Counted from the first letter of the stretch, positions 1-9,787 are shown. The stretch: DNA of 64,000 bases from an uncultured Gemmatimonadales bacterium (GCA_963783305.1 CAWAMW010000002.1:640001-704000); one strand, 5' to 3'. Program-made: numbers and translations. The notes: generated by a model from the sequence alone, not told the origin.

Positions 1-247
1 GGGCGGCCACCGCGAACATCCACGGGCCGATCACCCGCAGGTGCCCCGGCGCCAGCCCCTTCGGTGTCCCCACCCAGAGACCCGCGGCCAGGGAGAGCAG
101 CCCCAGAGCGATCAGCGACCCGACGGAGTCGAGGAGGCCACGGCCGCCGTACAGGAGGAGCGCGCTTGCGGAGAACGTGGACGCACCCAGCACGAGCCCG
201 GCGATGCCCGCCACGAGGAGCTGCGACCCCTGACGCACTTTCCCCAC
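1..247 (-). CDS. Integral membrane protein, N-terminal part (runs off window start); possibly the membrane domain of a fused spermidine-synthase-like protein
   Basis: Own translation from GTG at 247: MGKVRQGSQLLVAGIAGLVLGASTFSASALLLYGGRGLLDSVGSLIALGLLSLAAGLWVG...; hydrophobic helices; starts 2 nt after the flavin reductase stop. Confidence 0.55.
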   Translation of the reverse strand, partial: MGKVRQGSQLLVAGIAGLVLGASTFSASALLLYGGRGLLDSVGSLIALGLLSLAAGLWVGTPKGLAPGHLRVIGPWMFAVAA

Positions 248-249
248 GG

Positions 250-756
250 TCAGGGCGCCAGGCGGCCGTACCCGCCCCTGAAGTACAGCAGCGGTCCGCT
301 GTCCCGGGCATCACCTGCCACCACCTCGCCCACGTAGATCAGGTGGTCACCGCCTTCGTACCGGTGCCGTACCCGGCAGTCCACCCATGCCAGGGCCGCC
401 TCCAGCACGGGGGCACCCGTCGTCTCGCGGCGGTATGCCACGCCATCGAACTTCTCCTCCGTGGCGTACGTCGCGAACCGGCGGGCCAGCGCTTCCGCGT
501 CTTCTCCGAGCACGTTGATTGCAAAGCTGCCTGACCGTTCAATGGCGCCGCGGGTGTCCGCTGCGCGATCGACGCACACGAGCACGAGGAGCGGGTCCAG
601 CGAGACGGACGTTACGGCGCTGGCCGTCAACCCGTTCACGGGACCCTCGGGATCGAGGCTGGTGACCACGGTCACCCCGCTGGCGAGGTGACCCAGAATG
701 CGGCGGTACTCCGCCGTGTCCATGGACGTGGAAGCCTCCTGCGCCTCTCCGCTCAT
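250..756 (-). CDS. Flavin reductase family protein (HpaC/RutF-like)
   Basis: Motifs YRRILGHLASGVTVVT, GLTASAVTSVSLDP, SFAINVL, GGDHLIYVGEV, PLLYFRGGY; start 756 or 723. Confidence 0.9.
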   Translation of the reverse strand: MSGEAQEASTSMDTAEYRRILGHLASGVTVVTSLDPEGPVNGLTASAVTSVSLDPLLVLVCVDRAADTRGAIERSGSFAINVLGEDAEALARRFATYATEEKFDGVAYRRETTGAPVLEAALAWVDCRVRHRYEGGDHLIYVGEVVAGDARDSGPLLYFRGGYGRLAP

Positions 757-785
757 TGCGTCGGTGATTGGCGGTTCCTTACCTT
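756..785 (+). promoter_or_regulatory. Putative sigma70-type promoter TTGCGT-N18-TACCTT for the lipoprotein gene
   Basis: Hexamers at 756-761 and 780-785, just upstream of ATG 807. Confidence 0.4.
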
Positions 786-806
786 CCGCGGGTGCATACG
801 GTGACG

Positions 807-1877
807 ATGGGAACGACCTGGAAGCGGCGAGCGACAGTGGCCGGCCGCGCTGCGACTCTCCTGATGGTAATCGGTGTCGCAGCATGCGACAACGTGGAGT
901 GGGGGGGTCTCGATGTCGCCGTCGTGCCCCCACCCCCAAAGGCCGGTCCCACCATCGGCGGGATCGAGGCCGGGGACGAGCTGCCCCAGGGCCCCATCCT
1001 CTACCACGTCATCCGCGACAGCCTCGAGACCACCATGATCCCGGTGGGCGAGATCGTCGATGACGGACTCAGGCCGATTCCCATCGCCGACGACCCCACC
1101 GCGTTCGGCGACCGCTTCATCACCGCCTTCCTCCGGGAGGGGGCCGAGTTCACGCTCTTCCACCATGGACGCAGAGCGGGCACGCTGATGGTGGACTCCG
1201 CGGCGGTCCCCACCGGGAGCTACTGCCGACCACTCCCACGGGCGACCGGCAGCATGGAGCTGAGCGGCGGCTCCGACGAAGCCATCGAGTTCCTCGCCAT
1301 GGCGCGTACCCAGGCGCCACAGGGGCAGACGCTCCCGGGCGGCGAGCTCTCCGTTGAGGGTCGCATGCAGATCGTCGGGAACATCCTCGCGGAGCGGGCG
1401 CTCCGTGCACGCTCCGCACAGCTCCCCAACTGGTCCCGTGCGCGCCGACAGCTCCAGCCGTTCCCGGTCTCGGAGACGCGCGACCTCGGCTTCACCGCCA
1501 CGTTCCTCGTGGACGATGAGCTGGCCGTGGGCAATGACGACCAGGGCTACTCCCTCTACATCGTCTATACGCCGCAGGCTCAGGCCGGCTACGACACCGC
1601 GTACGTCAGCTACACCAGCTACACCGCGGAGGGGAAGGCCGCTCCCCGCACCATCGACTTCCTGGACTGGGACCGGGATGGCAGCGTGGAGATCCTCCTG
1701 GAGGTGTTCGGCACCCGTAACAGCTGGTACGCCGCCGTCGGCCCCGATGGCGACGAGTGGTCCCGCACGTTCGAGGACCGCTGCGATGAGCGGGCCGAGC
1801 CCGTCATTCCGGACACGACCGCAACGGATACAGCGGCCGCCGCCCGCAGCACACCCGCCGACACCGGCGGACCCTGA
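807..1877 (+). CDS. Hypothetical lipoprotein
   Basis: Basic N-terminus, hydrophobic core and lipobox-like VAAC; C-terminal DWDRDG calcium-loop-like motif; low-complexity T/A tail. Confidence 0.7.
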   Translation: MGTTWKRRATVAGRAATLLMVIGVAACDNVEWGGLDVAVVPPPPKAGPTIGGIEAGDELPQGPILYHVIRDSLETTMIPVGEIVDDGLRPIPIADDPTAFGDRFITAFLREGAEFTLFHHGRRAGTLMVDSAAVPTGSYCRPLPRATGSMELSGGSDEAIEFLAMARTQAPQGQTLPGGELSVEGRMQIVGNILAERALRARSAQLPNWSRARRQLQPFPVSETRDLGFTATFLVDDELAVGNDDQGYSLYIVYTPQAQAGYDTAYVSYTSYTAEGKAAPRTIDFLDWDRDGSVEILLEVFGTRNSWYAAVGPDGDEWSRTFEDRCDERAEPVIPDTTATDTAAAARSTPADTGGP

Positions 1878-1887
1878 CCCTCTCCGC

Positions 1888-1917
1888 TTGACCGCCCGGC
1901 GACTCCTGCCCTACGTT
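1888..1917 (+). promoter_or_regulatory. Putative promoter TTGACC-N18-TACGTT for the btu operon
   Basis: Hexamers at 1888-1893 and 1912-1917, directly upstream of the riboswitch. Confidence 0.55.
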
Positions 1918-1920
1918 CCA

Positions 1921-2125
1921 GGCACATAACACGATCGGGGTCACCCGGAAGCCGGTGAGAATCCGGCGCGGCCCCGCCACTGTAAGAGGTCCGGACCCCG
2001 TGAGGTCCGGAAGGCCCGCTCAATACCACTGGGATCGTATCCCGGGAAGGCGAGCGATCGCCGCCTCGAGCCAGGAGACCGATCCCGTTCGTGCCCGATT
2101 CGATGACCCCTTCGAGGGAGGGGGA
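1921..2125 (+). ncRNA. Cobalamin (B12) riboswitch
   Basis: Conserved blocks GGAAGCCGGTGAGAATCCGGCGCGGCCCCGCCACTGTAA, CCACTGGG..CCCGGGAAGG, GAGCCAGGAGACC and a downstream CCCTTCGAGGG hairpin; lies upstream of btuFCDB; boundaries approximate. Confidence 0.93.
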
Positions 2126-2192
2126 GTGGGGCGCGTTCCGGATCCAGCGATCCGTTTCATGGCCCGTTCCCCCGACTGAGGGAGACGGGCCC

Positions 2193-3176
2193 ATGTCATT
2201 ACCATCCATAGCGGAGGAGCAGGACGTTTCCAGCCGGCACCCGGCCGCGAGACATACCCAAGTCGTGCCCGCCCTCCTGGCGCTCCTCGCCGCCCTTCCC
2301 CACACCGCGTGCGAAGCCCCCGCTGATGACCACCCCCTGCACGCTACCGCTCCCGCCATAGCCGTCATCGACGCCACGGGGCGGGACGTGACGCTCGACG
2401 CGCCGGCCCGACGGGTCATCTCCATGGTGCCGGCGGTGACGGAATGGGTGATCGCCATGGGCGCCGCCGACCGGCTCGTGGCCCGGACCGACTTCGACCA
2501 CCACCCCACCATCGACACCCTGCCCTCCGTCGGTGGCGGTCTCACCCCGAGCGTGGAATGGCTCACCGCGCGCCGCCCCGACCTGGTGGTGGCGTGGCCG
2601 GACGCGCCCAGTCGGTCGCTCGTGGCCCGCCTCGAGCAGACGGGGATCGCGGTCTACACCGCACCGGTGGAATCTATCGAGGATGCGCTGCACGTCGCGG
2701 CGGACCTGGGCACCCTGCTCGGGGACGAGCCCGCCGCGGAGCGCGCCATTGCACGAGTTCGTGCCGGCCTCGATTCCGTCCGCGCGTCGATGGCAGGCCG
2801 CGAGCGGACCCGCGTCCTCTATCTGATCGGTCTCGACCCGCTCATGGCCGCGGGGCCGGACACGTTCGTGGACGAGCTGCTCGAGGCCGCCGGCGCGCGG
2901 AACGTCCTCGACGATCTGAGCACCCGCTGGCCGCAGCTGTCGCTCGAGGAAGTCGTGCGGCGAGCGCCAGACGTGGTGATCGTCGGCAGTGTGAGGGCCG
3001 GCGACCCGGCCACACTGCTCGCGGACCGCCCCGGTTGGCGGGAAGTGCCCGCGGTCCGGCGAGGGGCGGTCTACGCCGTCGACCCCGACGTGATGAACCG
3101 CCCCGGCCCCGAGATGGCCGCCGCTGCCCGCAGGCTTGCGCAGCTGATCCATTCCGGCGCACCGTCGGCGCAGTGA
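2193..3176 (+). CDS. btuF: Cobalamin ABC transporter substrate-binding lipoprotein
   Basis: DATGRDVTLDAPARRVISMVPAVTE, RPDLVV, MNRPGP helical-backbone receptor motifs; B12 riboswitch upstream. Confidence 0.85.
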   Translation: MSLPSIAEEQDVSSRHPAARHTQVVPALLALLAALPHTACEAPADDHPLHATAPAIAVIDATGRDVTLDAPARRVISMVPAVTEWVIAMGAADRLVARTDFDHHPTIDTLPSVGGGLTPSVEWLTARRPDLVVAWPDAPSRSLVARLEQTGIAVYTAPVESIEDALHVAADLGTLLGDEPAAERAIARVRAGLDSVRASMAGRERTRVLYLIGLDPLMAAGPDTFVDELLEAAGARNVLDDLSTRWPQLSLEEVVRRAPDVVIVGSVRAGDPATLLADRPGWREVPAVRRGAVYAVDPDVMNRPGPEMAAAARRLAQLIHSGAPSAQ

Positions 3177-4168
3177 CCTCGACGCCCGCCCTGGCCGCGA
3201 GGCTCCTGGGTCTGACGGTGCTCCTGGGACTCGCCCTGCTGCTGGCAATGGCCGTGGGCGCCGTGCCCGTGCCGCCCCACGAGATCCTGGCGGCCCTGGG
3301 CGGCACGGCCGACCCCACCGTACGGGCCATCGTCCTCGATCTCCGCCTCCCCCGCGCCGTGCTGGCCGCTCTCATCGGCGCCGCGCTCGCCGTGGCCGGC
3401 ACCGTCTTCCAGGCGCTGCTCCGGAACCCGCTGGCCGAGCCCTACATCCTCGGCGTTTCCGGCGGCGCCGCCGTGGCCGCGGTGGCCGTCATCGGCTTCG
3501 CCGGCGCGGTGGCCGCGTGGGCGCTGCCGCTGGCCGCCTTCCTCGGCGGGATCGGCGCCATCATCCTGGTCTTCCGGATCGCGGCGTCGGTGGGCAGCGC
3601 CCTCGACACGCGCGTCCTGCTCCTGGCCGGCGTCGTCGTGGGCGCTTTTTTCAACGCCGTCATCCTGCTCCTCCTCACGCTCGCCGACGTGGAGACGTTC
3701 CGGTCTGCCGTGTTCTGGATGATGGGCAGCCTGGCCTCGGCCACGTGGTCCTCGGTCCTGCTGCTGGCGGCCTATACGCTGCCGTCCCTCGCGCTCCTGC
3801 TGGCGCTCGCCCGCCCGCTCAACCTGATGGCGGTGGGCGAGGAGACGGCGCTGTACCTGGGCACGCCGGTGGAACGGGTAAAGCGCGTCGCGTACGTCGT
3901 GGCCTCGCTGCTGGTGGCCGGGGGGGTGGCCGTGGCGGGTGTGATCGGGTTCGTGGGGCTGATCGTGCCCCACGCGCTCCGGCTCGTCTGGGGCGGCGAC
4001 CACCGGTTCCTCCTGCCGGGGAGCGCACTTGCGGGGGCCACGTTCCTGCTGCTCGCGGACACCGCGGCGCGCACCATTGCCGCGCCCGTGGAGCTGCCGG
4101 TGGGTGTGGTCACCGCCCTGGTGGGGGTGCCGGTGTTCGTCGTCCTGCTGACCCGGAGGCGCTCGTGA
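3173..4168 (+). CDS. btuC: Cobalamin/iron-chelate ABC transporter permease (FecCD family)
   Basis: LRLPRA, QALLRNPLAEPYILGVSGGA, GVIGFVGLIVPH, ELPVGVVTALVG; GTG start overlapping the btuF stop (GTGA). Confidence 0.88.
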   Translation: MTSTPALAARLLGLTVLLGLALLLAMAVGAVPVPPHEILAALGGTADPTVRAIVLDLRLPRAVLAALIGAALAVAGTVFQALLRNPLAEPYILGVSGGAAVAAVAVIGFAGAVAAWALPLAAFLGGIGAIILVFRIAASVGSALDTRVLLLAGVVVGAFFNAVILLLLTLADVETFRSAVFWMMGSLASATWSSVLLLAAYTLPSLALLLALARPLNLMAVGEETALYLGTPVERVKRVAYVVASLLVAGGVAVAGVIGFVGLIVPHALRLVWGGDHRFLLPGSALAGATFLLLADTAARTIAAPVELPVGVVTALVGVPVFVVLLTRRRS

Positions 4169-4968
4169 GCTACGACGCCCGCGGCCTCACCTTCCGCTAC
4201 GACGACGCCGACCAGGACGCCATCCATCTCGTCGACCTCGAGGTGGGCCGGGGCGCCTTCTACGCCATCATCGGCCCCAACGGCTGCGGCAAGACGACAC
4301 TCCTGCGACTCCTGCTGGGCGCACTGCGGCCGGACGCCGGAGACGTGCGCTACGACGGCCGGGCCGTGGCCGACTGGAAGCGCCGGGACCTGGCGCGCCG
4401 GGTGGGCGTGGTGCCACAGAGCGAGGAGCTGGTGTTCCCGCTGACCGTCCGGGAGCTGGTGGCCATGGGTCGCTATCCCCACCTGGGCACCTGGCGCAGC
4501 GAGACTGCCAATGACCGCGCGGCCATCGGCCGGGCCATGGAGACCTGCGATGTCTCGGTCCTCGCGGGCCGCCCCGTGGGAACGCTGTCGGGCGGTGAGC
4601 GCCAGCGCGCCCGCGTGGCACGGGCCCTCGCGCAGGAACCCGACACCCTCGTCCTGGACGAACCCACGGCCTCCCTCGACATCAGCCACGAGATGGGGAT
4701 CTTCGATCTCCTCCGCGGCCTGGCCGACGATGGCGTCACGGTCATCATCGTCACCCACAACCTGAACATCGCCGCCCGCTACGCCGACCGGCTCCTCCTC
4801 CTGGCCGGCGGCCGCACCGCCGCCGAGGGCACGCCCGACACGGTACTCACGCCGGACACGCTCGAGTCCGTGTACCGCTGGCCCGTGGCGCGCCTGTCCC
4901 ATCCCGGCCCCGGCCCCGACGCCGGCGCACCACAGATCACCCCGCTCCGCACCGGAAGCTCGACATGA
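4165..4968 (+). CDS. btuD: Cobalamin/iron-chelate ABC transporter ATP-binding protein
   Basis: Walker A GPNGCGKT, LSGGERQR, LDEPTASLD, H-loop VTHNL; GTGA overlap. Confidence 0.88.
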   Translation: MSYDARGLTFRYDDADQDAIHLVDLEVGRGAFYAIIGPNGCGKTTLLRLLLGALRPDAGDVRYDGRAVADWKRRDLARRVGVVPQSEELVFPLTVRELVAMGRYPHLGTWRSETANDRAAIGRAMETCDVSVLAGRPVGTLSGGERQRARVARALAQEPDTLVLDEPTASLDISHEMGIFDLLRGLADDGVTVIIVTHNLNIAARYADRLLLLAGGRTAAEGTPDTVLTPDTLESVYRWPVARLSHPGPGPDAGAPQITPLRTGSST

Positions 4969-6989
4969 GGACGACGGACCACATCACGACGCTGAAGACG
5001 AGCATCATGCCACGCACGATCATCGCACTGGGGCTGCTCCTCCTCGCCGCGTACCCCGCCATGGCCCAGGAGCCCGACTCCGCGGCCGGCCGACCCGATA
5101 CCATCCCGCTGCCCGCCGTTGTCGTGACCGCCACCCGCTTGCCGCTGGATCGGAAAGCGCTCCCCACCCCCGTGACCGTCCTCAGCGGTCGCGAGCTCCG
5201 GGACCGCGGCGTACGCACGGTGGCCGACGCGCTCCGCGCGGTGCCCGGCGCCACCGTGGTCCGGAGCGGTGGCACGGGGTCCCAGACGTCGGTGTTCCTG
5301 CGGGGCGGCGAGAGCGACTACGTGCAGGTCCTGGTGGACGGGGTTCCCATCAACGATCCGGGCGGCTCCGTGGATTTCGCCGGCCTCTCCACCGACCAGG
5401 TCGAGCGGATCGAGGTGGTGCGCGGGCCCGTGAGCGTCCTCTACGGCACCGACGCCGTCTCCGGCGTGATCCACATCATGACCCGCCGCGGCTCGGGTCG
5501 GCCGGTGGTCTCCGCCGAGGCCATCGCCGGCTCGGGACGGCAGACGCACGGCGGCGACCGCTACGGCACCTACGATCTCGAGGCCGCGGTCACCGGGTCG
5601 GCCGCCGCCCTCTCCTACTCGCTGGGCGCTGGACGGGAGCACAGCGGGGGACTCTACCCGCTCAACAATCAGCACGACCTCACCACCGGCACGCTCCGGC
5701 TGGGCTGGACCCCTCTTCCGGGAGCCGACGTCGTCGTGAGCAGCCGCATCAGCGACGGCCGCTCGCATTTCCCCACCGACGGGGCGGGCGCTCTCGTGGA
5801 CGAGAACGCGTACCTGGACCGCCGCCTCTGGACCTCGTCCGTGGAGGCCGGCTGGAGTCTGGGCGACCGCGTGGATGCCCGGGTGCAGGCGGGTCTGGTT
5901 GTGCGCGATCAGGCGTCGGTCGATGAGCAGGACGGGCCTTCCGACACGGACGGGGTGTTCGCGTCCACGCTGGAGTTCAGGGGAACGCGTAGTCTGCTGG
6001 ACGCCCGCGTCAACGCGCGCCTGCTCCGCAGCACCCTGACCGGCGGGATCGCGTGGGAGTCCGCCGACGCCAGCACGTCGTACACGTCACAGAGCGCGCT
6101 TGGCTCCTTCGATGCCAGCGCCCCGTTCGATCGATCGACCACCGCCTACTACCTCCAGCTCCTCTCCGCGCCCGTGAGTGGGCTGCACCTCACGCTGGGT
6201 GGCCGCATCGATGACAGTGAGACGTATGGGGCGTTCGCCACCTACCGGATCGGCGCCGCCCTCACGCTGCTCCGCGGGACACGCGCGCGGGCCGCCATCG
6301 GCCGCGGGTTCCGTGAGCCTACCTTCGCCGAGAGCTTCGGCAGCGGATTCGGTGACCTCGGCAACCGCGGACTGGAGCCGGAGCGTTCCCGAAGCCGGGA
6401 AGTGGGCCTCGAGCAGGAGGTCGGCCCCGCCACCCTCGCCGCCACCTGGTTCGACCAGCGGTTCGATGGCCTCATCCAGTACACCTTCTCACCCCCCGCC
6501 GCCGGCGACCCGAACTACTACAATGTGGGCGCCGCACGGTCCCGAGGGCTCGAGCTCGAGGCGCGGGCAGCCCGCGGCCGCTGGTCGGGCGCGGTGTCGT
6601 ACGTGTACCTCGAGACGGAGGTGCTGGACCCGGGGCTCGCCAGCGATGCCTCGTTCAGCCAGGGCGAGGAGTTGATACGACGACCGGCGCACTCCGGCAG
6701 CCTCACCAGCCGCTACGCCATCCACCGCGCCAGTCTGGCGGTGAGCCTCAACGCGGTGGGGGAGCGGCCGGACGTGGATTATGGCGCCGATTTCCCCTAC
6801 CCCCGGGTAAGCCTGCCGGCGTACACCACGCTCGATCTGGCCGCGGAGTACCAGGTGCCCATGGCGGGTCCGGAGACACGGCTGCTGCTGCGGGTCGAGA
6901 ACCTGCTGGACGCCGGGTACCAGGCCATCGCCGGGTTCCCCGGCCAGCGACGGGTCATCTACGTGGGGGCGCGCGTCCGGGCACAGTGA
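4965..6989 (+). CDS. btuB: TonB-dependent receptor, cobalamin transporter
   Basis: Signal peptide, TonB-box-like VVVTATR, plug motifs LRGGESD/VLVDGVP/ERIEVVRGPVSVLYGTDA, C-terminal ENLLDAGY; last gene of the B12 operon; start may be 5007. Confidence 0.85.
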   Translation: MRTTDHITTLKTSIMPRTIIALGLLLLAAYPAMAQEPDSAAGRPDTIPLPAVVVTATRLPLDRKALPTPVTVLSGRELRDRGVRTVADALRAVPGATVVRSGGTGSQTSVFLRGGESDYVQVLVDGVPINDPGGSVDFAGLSTDQVERIEVVRGPVSVLYGTDAVSGVIHIMTRRGSGRPVVSAEAIAGSGRQTHGGDRYGTYDLEAAVTGSAAALSYSLGAGREHSGGLYPLNNQHDLTTGTLRLGWTPLPGADVVVSSRISDGRSHFPTDGAGALVDENAYLDRRLWTSSVEAGWSLGDRVDARVQAGLVVRDQASVDEQDGPSDTDGVFASTLEFRGTRSLLDARVNARLLRSTLTGGIAWESADASTSYTSQSALGSFDASAPFDRSTTAYYLQLLSAPVSGLHLTLGGRIDDSETYGAFATYRIGAALTLLRGTRARAAIGRGFREPTFAESFGSGFGDLGNRGLEPERSRSREVGLEQEVGPATLAATWFDQRFDGLIQYTFSPPAAGDPNYYNVGAARSRGLELEARAARGRWSGAVSYVYLETEVLDPGLASDASFSQGEELIRRPAHSGSLTSRYAIHRASLAVSLNAVGERPDVDYGADFPYPRVSLPAYTTLDLAAEYQVPMAGPETRLLLRVENLLDAGYQAIAGFPGQRRVIYVGARVRAQ

Positions 6990-7028
6990 AGGAGCGATGG
7001 GCTCGCGGCGGCCGACCCGCCGCTCCGC

Positions 7029-7973
7029 CTACTCGTCGTTGTCGGAAAGCAGCGCCACGTAGCTCTCGTAGCGGGCCCTCGGAATCGCACCCGCCTCCAC
7101 CGCCTCGCGCACCCCGCAGCCGGGCTCGTGCGTGTGGCTGCACGACCCGCTGAACCGGCAATCGCCCCGGTGATCCTCGAACTCGGGGAAGCACCGGTCG
7201 AGCTCCTCGGGCGCCACACCCCACAGCCCCAGCTCCCGCAGACCGGGCGTGTCGGCCACGTACCCGCCACACTCCAGCGGAATCAGGCGCGCCGAGACGG
7301 TGGTGTGACGTCCCTTGTGGCCTTTCTTCACGGCCTCGCTGACCGCGGCCGTGCGAAGCCCGAGGCCGGGCTCTATGGCATTGAGCAGGCTCGACTTCCC
7401 CACCCCGGATGGACCGGCGAGCGCGCTGATCCGGCCACACAGCCGCTCCTCCAGCTCGGCCACGCCCCGCCCATCCTCCGCGCTCGTGTATACGACCGGG
7501 TACCCGATCCCGGCATAGACGCGGAAGGGCTCCCGCTCCGCCGCTCCGCCCTGGTCGATCTTGTTGGCCACCACCACGGCGTCCACTCCGTTCGACTCCG
7601 CCAGGATCAGGAAGCGGTCCAGCATGCGCAGGCTCGGCTCCGGGTGCGTAACCGAGAAAACGGCGACCATCTGGTCGAGGTTCGCCACCATGACCTTCGC
7701 CCCCCGGTACCGACCGCGCCCCGGCGCCCGCCTGGCCAGCTCGCTGCGGCGCTCGTCCACGCTCTCGATGGTATAGCCGCCGTCCTCGTGCTCCAGCATC
7801 AGCACGCGGTCACCCGCCACTACCGCGTCCCCCGTGCGCTGCTCCCGCTTCAGCCGCCCACGGAGCGTGGCCTCGACCACGCGAGACGTACCCCCCGGAT
7901 GCAGCTCGACCTCGTACGCTCCACCGATCGAGGAGCATACGAGGCCGTGGTGCTGCACCAGCGCCCCCGTCAT
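7029..7973 (-). CDS. rsgA: Ribosome small subunit-dependent GTPase A
   Basis: Circularly permuted GTPase order NKID, GPSGVGKSSL, GRHTT, DTPG; Zn finger CRFSGSCSHTHEPGC. Confidence 0.95.
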   Translation of the reverse strand: MTGALVQHHGLVCSSIGGAYEVELHPGGTSRVVEATLRGRLKREQRTGDAVVAGDRVLMLEHEDGGYTIESVDERRSELARRAPGRGRYRGAKVMVANLDQMVAVFSVTHPEPSLRMLDRFLILAESNGVDAVVVANKIDQGGAAEREPFRVYAGIGYPVVYTSAEDGRGVAELEERLCGRISALAGPSGVGKSSLLNAIEPGLGLRTAAVSEAVKKGHKGRHTTVSARLIPLECGGYVADTPGLRELGLWGVAPEELDRCFPEFEDHRGDCRFSGSCSHTHEPGCGVREAVEAGAIPRARYESYVALLSDNDE

Positions 7974-8866
7974 CAGGCGGCGAAACTCTCCAGTGCCGGG
8001 CCGAGATCGCCTTCTCGCAGGCGCTTCAACGCGCGGTCCCGAAGCTGACGCACACGCTCACGCGTCACGCCCAGCATCTTCCCGATCTCCTCCAGCGTGT
8101 GCGTCTCGCCCCCGTCCAGCCCGAAATACAGCCGCACGACCTTGGCGTCCCGGGGGTTCAGCGTCTCCAGCGCCCGATCGATCTGCTCGGCGAGCATCCG
8201 GTCCTCGACGTCTTCCTCGGGCTCCGTCGCCTCGTCCAGGACGAAACGCTCCACCAGGTAGCTGTCGTCGGAGTCGCCGATCGGCGCGTCCAGCCGGACC
8301 TCGGACGAGTTCAGCGTTTGCAGCTGCCGCACGATCTCCGGCTTCAGCTTCGCCGCCACCGCCACCTCTTCCAGCGTCGGGTCCCGACCCATCTCCTGCT
8401 TCAGCCGTTCCCGCTCCCGGAAGATACGGGCGAGGTCGCTGGCCCGGTTGAGCGGCACCCGCACGCTCCGGCCGTGGTTGGCCAGCGCGGCGAGGATCGC
8501 CTGGCGGATCCACCACACCGCGTACGAAATGAACTTCACGCCCTGGTCCGGATCGAACTTCCGCGCGGCCGTCACCAGCCCCACGTTGCCCTCCTGGATC
8601 AGATCGGCCAGCGACACACCCCGGTTCTGGTACTTCTTGGCGACGCTGATCACGAACCGCAGGTTGGCGCGGGCGAGCTCCTCCACTGCCTCCTCGTCCC
8701 CGGCCTGCGCTCGATGGCCCAGCTCGATCTCCTTCTCCGGCGTGATCAGCTCGTGCTTGCTGACATCGCCCAGGTACTGGTCGAGGGCCGTCTTGTCCTC
8801 GTAGCTCGGACGAAAGGTGTCCCGCCGCCGCCTCTTGCTCGTCTTTGTCGCTGCCATCTCGGTCAC
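7973..8866 (-). CDS. RNA polymerase sigma70 factor, short RpoD/SigA-like type (regions 1.2, 2, 3, 4; no 1.1)
   Basis: ANLRFVISVAKKY, DLIQEGNVGL, KFISYAVWWIRQA, TLEEIG..GVTRERVRQ; start 8866 (GTG) or 8857 (ATG). Confidence 0.93.
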   Translation of the reverse strand: MTEMAATKTSKRRRRDTFRPSYEDKTALDQYLGDVSKHELITPEKEIELGHRAQAGDEEAVEELARANLRFVISVAKKYQNRGVSLADLIQEGNVGLVTAARKFDPDQGVKFISYAVWWIRQAILAALANHGRSVRVPLNRASDLARIFRERERLKQEMGRDPTLEEVAVAAKLKPEIVRQLQTLNSSEVRLDAPIGDSDDSYLVERFVLDEATEPEEDVEDRMLAEQIDRALETLNPRDAKVVRLYFGLDGGETHTLEEIGKMLGVTRERVRQLRDRALKRLREGDLGPALESFAA

Positions 8867-9085
8867 CGTATTCGTCGGATATCGAACCCCTGCCCTAGTA
8901 TCGGCACGGTTTCGCTCATTTTTAGTTCAACGCAAGCTCTCTGCCGAAGAAACAGGGCTCCGCCAGCCGCGCGGAGCAGGGGCCTGGTTGTCGGCGGCGT
9001 GTACTAACCCCGGCGGCCGTCCGGTGTTCCCGGGTCGGATGGGGAGAGCCGCCTGCTGCTGCGGGAAAGGGTCCGGGGAGGAAGC

Positions 9086-9718
9086 TCAGGGAGTGTACAG
9101 GCTGTCGGCGCCCACGGGCCTGCCCAGCGGACCGCCCGCGTCCGGCCGGGTGCTCGGACCGATGTCGGGGAGCTCGCGCTCTTCCTCCGCGTTCTCGTCC
9201 TCCTCGAGGACCGCCCGAAGAGAGGCCGACTCCACATCGCGCAGCGGGTCCTGCTGAAGCAGCGAATCGAGGCTGGGGGGCGCGGTGCCGCCGCCCGGCA
9301 TCGCGAGCTGCCGCTGGAGGTCTTCCACGGCGACCCGTATGATCGCCACCTCGTCCTCGACCTCCTCGAGCGTCGCCCCGCGTCTCATTCGCGCCACCAC
9401 CCGGTCCGCCATGGCCTGCAGCTGGCGCAGCCGCGCCTCCAGCGAGTACCCCGCCGCCAGCCAGTCCACTCGCCGCTCGGCGTGGATGAGACGGTCGCTG
9501 ATGGCCTCCGCCGTCAGCAGCCGATCCGGATCGCCCGAGGCGGCCAGCACCAGCTCCGCGTCCAGCTTCCGCAGCTGCTCGTCCAGTGACTCCGCCTCCA
9601 TCCCTGGCGCGAGCGCCGCCGCCGACGTGGGCGCCTCCTGCGACACGCGCAGGTCGGCGCCATCGCCGCAGGAGGCGAGAAGGGGCAGGGCCAGAATGAG
9701 GCTGGAGATGGTTCGCAT
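9086..9718 (-). CDS. Hypothetical lipoprotein (helical)
   Basis: MRTISSLILALPLLASC lipobox; amphipathic/coiled-coil core. Confidence 0.65.
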   Translation of the reverse strand: MRTISSLILALPLLASCGDGADLRVSQEAPTSAAALAPGMEAESLDEQLRKLDAELVLAASGDPDRLLTAEAISDRLIHAERRVDWLAAGYSLEARLRQLQAMADRVVARMRRGATLEEVEDEVAIIRVAVEDLQRQLAMPGGGTAPPSLDSLLQQDPLRDVESASLRAVLEEDENAEEERELPDIGPSTRPDAGGPLGRPVGADSLYTP

Positions 9719-9787
9719 ATCAGCGATTCCTCTGGGGCAAGCCGCGTGCCGGGTTGCCATCGGCGCCGGGCGCTCCTAGCCTACCGG

